From an uncultured Acidobacteriota bacterium (GTDB taxonomy: Bacteria; Acidobacteriota; Terriglobia; Acidiferrales; UBA7541), in contig CAVQZU010000130.1 in NCBI GenBank assembly GCA_963718485.1, positions 115,035 to 179,034 of the forward strand: a stretch of 64,000 nucleotides of DNA, written 5' to 3'. The stretch's first letter is position 1; each line of letters opens with the position of its first letter. Below are positions 56,971-64,000 of this stretch, one piece after another. A model generated the notes under the pieces. The model saw only the letters and a list, made by a program, of their open reading frames with translations. It was not told where the DNA came from and did no database searches. The translations under genes were made by a program, and so were the position numbers.

Positions 56971-58470
56971 GTGCTGACGGCGCTTCAGGAAAGCGGTCGT
57001 CGTGTGTTCCGCTCCGATGACCTTAGCCGCGTTCACCGCGAGCGCCTTGTGGAGAACGGCTTTCTGCTGGGCGTGATGAAAGGGTGGCTTATTTCATCGA
57101 GTCCCGGCGCGCGAGCGGGCGACAGCACGCCCTGGTCTGCGTCGTTCTGGGAATTCTGTGCGCGTTACTGTGGCGAGCGTTTCGGCGAGCAGTGGCACCT
57201 CTCCGCAGAGCAGTCGCTTTGGCTGCATGGCGAGAAAACGGTCATTCCGGAACAGGTAGTGGTGTGCAGCCCCAAAGGCACAAACCATACAAACAAGCTC
57301 CTGTTCTGTACGTCTCTCTACGATCTGAAAGTCCCGGAAATGCCGACTGCATCCGATCTTGTCATGCGGGACGGACTCAGGCTGTTCTCGCCGGCGTCGT
57401 CGCTTGTGGCCGTGTCGGAAACATTTTTCGTGCGTAATCCCGTCGAGTCGCAGGTGGTGCTCGGAAGCCTCGCCGATGCCTCGGACCTGCTGCGGCTGCT
57501 GCTGAACGGTGGCAATTCGACAAAGGCGGGTTACCTCGCTGGCGCTCTGCGTCAGACCGGCCACCACGGGCTAGCGGATGAAATACTCAGCGCGATGAAG
57601 AGCGTCGGCTATGACGTGCGGGAGAGCAATTCTTTCGAGGCCGGCCACGTACTGGCAACGCCGCGGCGGACGGTCGCTCCGATTGCGGGGCGCCTACAGA
57701 TGATGTGGGAGTCGATGCGCGGTGCCGTGATCGGCGTATTCCCGAAAGCACCGGGCCTCCCGAAAGACCAAGGGGCGTATCTCCATCACGTCGACGAGAT
57801 TTACCGCAACGACGCCTATCACTCTCTGTCCATCGAGGGCTATTCGGTCACACCCGAAATAATCGACCGCCTACGTCAAGGGAACTGGAATCCTGACCGC
57901 GACGAAGCCGACCGCAAGAGCCGAGACGCTGTTGCCGCGCGCGGTTACTGGCAGGCGTTCCAGGCTGTGAAAGATGCCGTGGGCAAAGTGATCGACGGCG
58001 AACCCTCCGGAGCGCTCGCCCGTGCAGCGCACAAGGACTGGTATCGGGAACTATTCGCGCCATGCGTCACGGCGGGCCTGATCCCGGCGGGCGCGCTCGC
58101 GGGATACCGGAATTCTCCGGTCTATCTGCGGACATCGCGCTATGTGCCTCCGCGTTGGGAGGCCGTGCGCGACGCCATGCCAGTATTCTTCGATCTCCTC
58201 GAGAAAGAACCAGAATCCAGCGTGCGTGCCGCTCTCGGCCACTGGTTGTTTGGCTACATTCATCCTTACCCGGACGGCAACGGCCGCATGGCCCGTTTCC
58301 TGATGAACGTCCTGCTCGCATCCGGCGGCTATCCGTGGACGATCATCCGCGTCGAGGACCGCGATGTGTATCTTGCTGCGCTCGACCGCGCTAGCATCGA
58401 CATGGACATTACGCCGTTCGCGCAGTTTGTGGCGGAGCGCGTGAAATGGTCGATGGAACCCAAACAATAA
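56971..58470 (+). CDS. Fic/DOC-family protein (AMPylase-type)
   Basis: Fic motif HPYPDGNGRMARFLMNVLL. The track ORF starts at the GTG at 56971. A plausible native N-terminus, MAAPNEKLAGSLQ (ATG 56931), is in another frame, so there is possibly a 1-nt insertion near 56965. Confidence 0.85.
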   Translation: MLTALQESGRRVFRSDDLSRVHRERLVENGFLLGVMKGWLISSSPGARAGDSTPWSASFWEFCARYCGERFGEQWHLSAEQSLWLHGEKTVIPEQVVVCSPKGTNHTNKLLFCTSLYDLKVPEMPTASDLVMRDGLRLFSPASSLVAVSETFFVRNPVESQVVLGSLADASDLLRLLLNGGNSTKAGYLAGALRQTGHHGLADEILSAMKSVGYDVRESNSFEAGHVLATPRRTVAPIAGRLQMMWESMRGAVIGVFPKAPGLPKDQGAYLHHVDEIYRNDAYHSLSIEGYSVTPEIIDRLRQGNWNPDRDEADRKSRDAVAARGYWQAFQAVKDAVGKVIDGEPSGALARAAHKDWYRELFAPCVTAGLIPAGALAGYRNSPVYLRTSRYVPPRWEAVRDAMPVFFDLLEKEPESSVRAALGHWLFGYIHPYPDGNGRMARFLMNVLLASGGYPWTIIRVEDRDVYLAALDRASIDMDITPFAQFVAERVKWSMEPKQ

Positions 58471-58656
58471 TACACGCGAAAACTCTGACGCTCTGGGGAG
58501 CTGCAATTGGTCAAAGAGCCCGGGCGCGGCCTGGTAAATGGGAGACCTGGCGAAAGAAAATAGCGGCCGGCATTGGCGGCGGGTGTAGACTCGCGTCGAC
58601 CGGAAGGCAGCTCCTCCCGGCCCAGTCCCAGGATTTCAATTGAGAGGAGTCTGCTT

Positions 58657-59118
58657 ATGAAAGTGAAAATGATGGTAGGCCTATCGATGATGACCGTGGC
58701 GCTGCTGGCAACGGCGGCGGTGGTGAAAAGCGTGGCGGCCGCCGATGACGATGCGGTCGCGGCGGTGACCAAGCTGGAAAATGATTCAGTGAAAGCCGAT
58801 CTGGGTAATAACAAATCGTTTTACGAGAAGAATTTCGCTAGCGATTGGACCGGAGGAGACAGCTCCGGGAAGTGGTTCTCCAAAGCGGACATGCTGAAGA
58901 TGATGGGGGATACGAAAAACAACAAGATGAACAGCGAGAAGATTACTGAGCTAAAAGTGCGGTCATATGGTGATGTGGCGATCGCGACCTACAAAGACAC
59001 CTACGACGCGGTGGTGCAGGGCGAACACCGGAGCCGGACGGTGATCAGCACGGACACCTTCGTTAAGAAAGGCGGCGTTTGGAAAGTGGTGGCGGGTCAC
59101 TCCTCGATAGCAAAATAG
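58657..59118 (+). CDS. Exported DUF4440/NTF2-like protein
   Basis: GAGAGGAG RBS and the signal peptide MKVKMMVGLSMMTVALLATAAVVKSVAA, then ...YGDVAIATYKDTY...FVKKGGVWKVVAGHSS. Confidence 0.7.
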   Translation: MKVKMMVGLSMMTVALLATAAVVKSVAAADDDAVAAVTKLENDSVKADLGNNKSFYEKNFASDWTGGDSSGKWFSKADMLKMMGDTKNNKMNSEKITELKVRSYGDVAIATYKDTYDAVVQGEHRSRTVISTDTFVKKGGVWKVVAGHSSIAK

Positions 59119-59131
59119 GATTGTCTTCCTG

Positions 59132-59926
59132 ATGAAACAGCTTGCGCGCCTTCTGCGGATTACGCAGGTGGTCTGGGTGTGCCTGCTCGCGGCGCCGTTC
59201 AGCAGCGCAGAAGTAATGAACTGGACGATTGGCGGTGTGCAGCGCGAGGCCCTGGTGCTGGCGCCGTCCAAGGCCGACGGCAGTGGAAAGGCTCCCGTCG
59301 TGTTTGCGTTTCACGGACATGGCGGGAACATGCAGCAGGCGGCGGACGTCGGCATGCAGAATTTCTGGCCGGAGGCGGTGTTTGTCTTCCCGCAAGGGCT
59401 GCCGACCAAGATTTACGTCGATCCCGAGGGGTTGGAACCGGGGTGGCAGCAGGAACCGGGACAATATGGCGATCGCGATCTGAAGTTCGTCGATGCCGTG
59501 CTCGCCACGGTGCGAAGCAAATTTGCGGTGGATGACCGGCGAATTTACGCGACCGGTTTTTCGAATGGCGCGATCTTCGCGTATTTGCTCTGGGGCACAC
59601 GCGCGAAGACTTTTGCGGCCTTTGCATCGGTTGCCGGGGAAATCTTTCCCGGTGTCCATCTGAGTGCGCCCAAGCCGTTGCTGCAGATTGCAGGCGAAAA
59701 GGATGTGGTGGTGCCGTTTGCAAAGCAACTGCGGTCGGTGCAGATGGCGCGCGAACTTGATGGCAGCATGGGCCAGGGCGAGCAGTGCGGACCATACTGC
59801 ACGATCTATTCATCAAGCCAGGGCGCGCCGGTCGAGACCTACATCCATCCGGGCGGCCATGAGTGGCCATTGGAAGCCTCGGCGGTGATCGTCAAATTCT
59901 TCAAGAATTACGCGCCGGGGCCCTGA
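59132..59926 (+). CDS. Secreted alpha/beta-hydrolase esterase (PHB-depolymerase/LpqC-like)
   Basis: Signal peptide, APVVFAFHGHGGN, and the nucleophile elbow GFSNGA. Confidence 0.65.
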   Translation: MKQLARLLRITQVVWVCLLAAPFSSAEVMNWTIGGVQREALVLAPSKADGSGKAPVVFAFHGHGGNMQQAADVGMQNFWPEAVFVFPQGLPTKIYVDPEGLEPGWQQEPGQYGDRDLKFVDAVLATVRSKFAVDDRRIYATGFSNGAIFAYLLWGTRAKTFAAFASVAGEIFPGVHLSAPKPLLQIAGEKDVVVPFAKQLRSVQMARELDGSMGQGEQCGPYCTIYSSSQGAPVETYIHPGGHEWPLEASAVIVKFFKNYAPGP

Positions 59927-59935
59927 AGGGTACCG

Positions 59936-60472
59936 CTAGGAAGGCTTGCTGCGGGTGAAGTGGTTGAAGTTTGTTACGGGCTTGCCTTCAGGTGATGTTC
60001 CGCCGCGGATGATCAGCGTCAGTTCATCGCCGTTGACTTCCAAAGCACGGAGAAAATCCTGACCTACGCGGTCAGCGAGCATATGGCCTTCGACGTGGTG
60101 CGTCACCATGTTTTTTTGCTCATCAACGGTGTAGGTGCCAAAGTAGGCCTCATAGCCTTCCAGTGTCATGTTCTCGGGGCGATCGGGGCGCATAACTGAG
60201 ACCGACATGTGACCGGTGCGATCGTAGGTGATATAGCCGACCGGGTGCGGGCCGTATTTTGGATCGAAGGCCTCGCTGCCGTCGGCCTGGCGAACGGTGC
60301 GGGACGTGAGACGCCAGGTGCCGATGATCTCATCCTTAAGCGCAGCCGGAGCGGCAGCCGCCGGCTTGGCAGGCGAGGGCGCGGAGGCCTTGAGGGCGCT
60401 TTCTGCCGCAAACCCGGAGCAAAGAAAAAATACCAAAGCAAAAGCTGGTGCCACTCGAGATGCGATTTTCAT
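59936..60472 (-). CDS. Exported lipocalin-like domain protein
   Basis: Signal peptide, then IIGTWRLTSRTVRQADGSE...GYITYDRTGHMSV...YFGTYTVDE... Confidence 0.6.
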   Translation of the reverse strand: MKIASRVAPAFALVFFLCSGFAAESALKASAPSPAKPAAAAPAALKDEIIGTWRLTSRTVRQADGSEAFDPKYGPHPVGYITYDRTGHMSVSVMRPDRPENMTLEGYEAYFGTYTVDEQKNMVTHHVEGHMLADRVGQDFLRALEVNGDELTLIIRGGTSPEGKPVTNFNHFTRSKPS

Positions 60473-60489
60473 ACCTTCTCCTTGGGCGG

Positions 60490-61413
60490 CTAGAAAATGT
60501 CCGTTCCTGGTCGGGCGGTGAGCCCTGCCCGGCTCAGCATTTCAAGGAACTGATTCTGGGTGCGCATGTCGATCGATTCCGAGACGAGCTCGCCGTTGCG
60601 ATCGTAGACGAAACTTTTTGGAATCCCCTGGACTTCGAACAGTTCGTGCACCTTCAGGCCAGGGTCGAGCAGGACGGGATAGGTGACCTGCCTCTCGGCG
60701 ATGAATGGCTTTACTTTGGCGGAGTCTTAGTTGCAGAAATGGCGAGTATCACCAAGCCTTGCTGCTGGAAGCGATCGTAGAGAGATTAAATCGGGCATTT
60801 CCTTGCGGCAGGGCGGACACCAGGTGGCCCAGAAATTCACAAGCACTACTTTGCCGCGCAGCCGCTGCAAGGTCCATGGCTTGCCATTCAGGTCGGTGAG
60901 GGTGAAGTCGGCGTGCTCGCGATGGCGGTCGGCCGCTTCGAGCGCGGATAGGGCGGCGGCAAATGGCGGCACATCCAGGGAGGCTTGCATGTGCTCGTAG
61001 CGGACCAATTCCGCAAGTTCCATGTAGGGGAGGGCGGGCTTGCTGTTTTTCGAGGGAGGTGGTTGCTCGCGCAACGCCGTGGCGAGGGTTGTGGTTACTT
61101 CTTGAAGCGTCTGGCGGCCGAAGTCACCCTCGGTTGAAAGCGTGGCGAGATCATTTGCCAGGGCCAGCTTGTTCGGAGTCACCGGGAGTTGCCGAATCGC
61201 CAGAGCGAGTTGCGTCGTGGCGCGAGCCCGCACGTCGTCGGGCAGGGCTCGGAGCCCGTCGATTCGGGACGCAATGGGCCGCTCTGCTGCGCTCCAGACG
61301 ATTTCTTGCGCGGACAGGCGGGTAGAAAGCATGAGGGGCCCGGCGACAAACGCAGCAGTCGCCACGACACGCGACAGTCGGAGGGACAGGAGGAGATGGC
61401 AGCACCAAACCAT
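60490..61413 (-). pseudogene. TlpA/ResA-like periplasmic thiol:disulfide oxidoreductase with two frame changes
   Basis: ...[26 protein letters not shown] is in ORF 60727..61413. [15 protein letters not shown] is in a second frame. DSAKVKPFIAERQVTYPVLLDPGLKVHELFEVQGIPKSFVYDRNGELV...* is in a third, with its stop at 60492-60490. Shifts lie near 60777 and 60730. Confidence 0.7.
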
Positions 61414-61552
61414 ATCGTCACCATGCTTTCGTCAGGCAACAGTTACGTTTTGACGATTCTCGTCTTATAGTGCCAGGCAAGGCAAGAAACATCTTGGAGG
61501 ATGTTTGGCGGGAATCAAGATTCGTGCAATTCCAGTGGAGGTGGGTTTTTCC

Positions 61553-62020
61553 ATGAGGCGATGGACGCTGTGGGCAGTTCTTTTGGCGATGAGCATTCCC
61601 GCAACGGCTGGCGCGGCGCGAACGGGCGGAGGCGCGAAAACGGTCGCCGACGCCAAGAGCGAGGTGATGCAGGCCGAAGAAAACAGAAATCAGGCGCTGC
61701 AAAAGGGCGACGCGGACGCGCTCGCGAAACTGTACACCGACGACCTGATCTATACGAATGCGCTGGGCCTCGTGCTTACCAAACAGCAGCACCTGACGGA
61801 TATTCGAAGCAGGAAACTTCAATTGACTGCCTTCAAGCATAGCGATGTGCAAGTCCGCGTCCACGGGAATACGGGATTGGTGACCGGGACCAGCACCTCG
61901 ATGGTGACCTTTCACGGCAACTCCTCTGACAGCCCGCGCAAGTTCCTCAATGTGTATGTGAAAGAAAACGGCGTGTGGAAATGTGCGGTGCACTTTGAAA
62001 CCCCCGCCGCACAGAAATAA
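61553..62020 (+). CDS. Exported DUF4440/NTF2-like protein
   Basis: Signal peptide MRRWTLWAVLLAMSIPATAGA, then ...ALQKGDADALAKLYTDDLIYTN...VKENGVWKCAVHFETP. Confidence 0.7.
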   Translation: MRRWTLWAVLLAMSIPATAGAARTGGGAKTVADAKSEVMQAEENRNQALQKGDADALAKLYTDDLIYTNALGLVLTKQQHLTDIRSRKLQLTAFKHSDVQVRVHGNTGLVTGTSTSMVTFHGNSSDSPRKFLNVYVKENGVWKCAVHFETPAAQK

Positions 62021-62207
62021 GCTGCTCGCATTTCTGACAGCTCACCTGCCGTGAAACGCGGGTTCCCGGGCCATCCGGCATGGGTGATGGGTGCTCGTGC
62101 GGGCACCTGGCGACACATGGCGCGGGGCAATTGACACCCGCGCACCGGAAGGCATAGGCTCCGGCTGGCAATCGGCTTGGTGTGACGAGCCAGGCGGGGA
62201 GGCATTG

Positions 62208-63331
62208 ATGAAAGGTTGCAGGAGGGCGCTTGGCGCCCTGGTATTACTTCTTTTGGTTCCGCGTACATTCGCGCAGCAACGCGCGCCGGAGATACCTTTT
62301 GAATCCATTCCTGATTTTTTCAAGCTGCCGCCGGGAATGAATTTTGGCGAAGTGCCGGGCGTGGCGGTCAACTCCAAGGGGCATATTTTCGTTTTCACGC
62401 GAGCAAACAGCGCGAACGGTCCAGCCTACGCACCGGCGGCGGCACAGCTGTTTGAATTTGGTCCGCATGGTGAATTCCTGCGCGAGATCGGCAAGGGGCT
62501 CTACGCCTGGTCGGAAGCGCACAGCGTGCGAATCGACAAGGACGACAACATCTGGGCCATCGACAAAGGCTCGGACATGATCATCAAGTTCAATCCGGCG
62601 GGCCGAGTGGTCTGGGTTTTCGGCCGGCGCAAGGAGGGCGCTGATGAGGACGCCAAGCCCTGGGAGCATCCCGAGCCACCGTTGGCCGCAATCGACGGAC
62701 TGTTCCGGCAACCCACGGATGTCACCTGGGACTCACAGGGCAACATTTACATCAGCGACGGGTATGTGAACTCGCGAATCGCGAAATATGACCGCAATGG
62801 CGACTGGGTGAAGTCCTGGGGAGAAAAAGGAACGGCACCGGGGCAGTTTCGACTGCCGCACGCCATTGTGGCGGACCGAAACGACAATCTCTATGTAGCG
62901 GATCGAACGAATCGGCGAATCCAGGTGTTTGATACCGACGGCAAATTTCTGCGCACGTTCACGATCGACGTACCTTCTGATCCGCGCACCCGGGCGGTGA
63001 ACGGCAACACACCCACAGGCGATCGCTTGGCCGCCGTAAGCGGAGCTCCCAATTCCATGTGCATTACACCGGGACCGAATCAGGTGCTTTTTGTGGGCGA
63101 AAGCACGTTCCGGGGCGCCTGTTCAAGGTCTCTCTCAACGGAACGGTGCTGGGAGTCATTGGCAAGTCCGGGCGCCGGCTTGGACAATTCTCCGGCATAC
63201 ACCAATTGGCCTGTCCGTCGGAGAATGAAGTGTATGCCGCGGAAACTTCCAACTGGCGAGTGCAAAAGCTCGTCTTGCATCCACCGGCCCGGGCGCGGCA
63301 ACGGGGCCTTAAATGCCCGCGTTGCGGTTGA
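62208..63331 (+). pseudogene. Exported NHL-repeat (six-bladed beta-propeller, PAL-like) protein with one frame change
   Basis: Signal peptide MKGCRRALGALVLLLLVPRTFA and NHL repeats (QPTDVTWDSQGNIYISD, LPHAIVADRNDNLYVADRTNRRIQVFD). After ...VLFVGESTF the family continues PGRLFKVSLNGTVLGVIGKSGRRLGQFSGIHQLACPSENEVYAAETSNWRVQKL in ORF 63059..63331. The shift is at ttccgggg, 63108-63115. Confidence 0.7.
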
Positions 63332-63571
63332 CACTTCCGCGGAGCTGTTGCTATATCTCTGGAGAGCGTTGCTTCCCGAACGGTAGGGTCGTAATTTCAT
63401 TTCGAATCCTCGTTCGGTCCGAGCGCCCGTCTTCTGCAACATGGCCGTAGGTAAGAATCCATGGATGGTTAGGCATCCGAGCTGAACATTTCATTCTCCG
63501 GTTTCCATAGCGATTCGCGTTGGCTTCCAAATTCAAAAAAATCGAGGGCCGAGAAACATGCGAAACAAAAT

Positions 63572-63953
63572 TTGCTGACCGCAGACGATGCGAGCAAGAT
63601 CGCCGCCGCCGCCAAAGCGGAAGCGCAGAAGAATAACTGGAATGTGACCATTGCAGTGGTGGATGACGGCGGGTTCTTGATTCGTCTCGAGCGGCTGGAC
63701 GGCGCGCCGGTGCAAAGCGCGACCATTGCCACGGCCAAAGCATGGACGGCAGCGGCTACCCGAACGCCAACCAAGGCGCTCGAGGATATGGTCAAAGAAC
63801 GGCCCCCCGCGGTCGCATTTCCGGGCGGGCGCGGTGCAGGGCGGGCTGCCGATCATGCATCAGGGGGAATGCGTCGGGGCGGTGGGGGTTTCTGGCGTCA
63901 AGTCGCATGAAGATGAGCAGATAGCGAAGGCGGGGTTGCAGGCACTTTCCTAG
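63572..63953 (+). pseudogene. GlcG/HbpS-like (DUF336) heme-binding-type protein with a frame change
   Basis: LTADDASKIAAAAKAEAQKNNWNVTIAVVDDGGFLIRLERLDGAPVQSATIATAKAWTAA... is in ORF 63572..63910. The conserved C-terminus AVQGGLPIMHQGECVGAVGVSGVKSHEDEQIAKAGLQALS* is in ORF 63726..63953. The shift is near 63825-63835. The start (TTG at 63572, or ATG at 63558 in another frame) is also unclear. Confidence 0.65.
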
Positions 63954-64000
63954 AAAAACCCGGGCCACTCAAAAGAACCTGTGTGGCCACTTGCGAAATT

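Overview
64 kb of high-GC (about 60% by eye) bacterial chromosome. The gene content (Tad/Flp pilus, a PEP-CTERM protein, several exported DUF4440/NTF2-like proteins, a cytidylate-kinase-like family, an MXAN_5187-like family) suggests an Acidobacteriota-type soil bacterium; that is inference only. The window falls into three blocks. (1) 1-18.1 kb is accessory and almost entirely on the minus strand. It holds a complete Tad/Flp pilus locus: two flp pilins, prepilin peptidase, cpaB, secretin cpaC, tadZ/cpaE, ATPase cpaF/tadA, tadB, tadC, a micro-ORF, DUF192, tadG and two tadE. The locus is split by a foreign insert (a plus-strand PEP-CTERM gene plus a heavily decayed pseudogene). Upstream of it lie two polytopic GT-C-like membrane proteins and a sigma-54 enhancer-binding protein. 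(2) 18.3-56.3 kb is a housekeeping core: def, dnaG, mutS2, LOG-like, PBP4, TetR-TolC-HlyD, radical SAM, folK, ruvAB, aldolase, gdh, yvcK-like, selA, larB, M50 protease, recA, hbd and thiolase. (3) 56.6-64 kb is accessory: an AT-rich leader with three phased 24-bp repeats, a Fic protein, exported NTF2-like proteins, an esterase, a lipocalin-like protein, a TlpA-like thioredoxin, an NHL-repeat protein and a GlcG-like protein. I found no rRNA, tRNA, CRISPR array, prophage or intact transposase. The main observations are as follows. About 20 reading-frame disruptions are confined to the two accessory flanks (tadB, one tadE, a GT-C-like gene, Fic N-terminus, TlpA, NHL, GlcG), while the 38 kb core is clean. 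A candidate pilin-glycosylation and sigma-54 module sits next to two Flp pilins with Ser/Thr-rich tails. The TolC-HlyD pair has no inner-membrane pump and ends at a gene-fragment scar. There are also several unexplained non-coding gaps and repeats. All functional calls rest on motif and family recognition by eye; no database search was possible.
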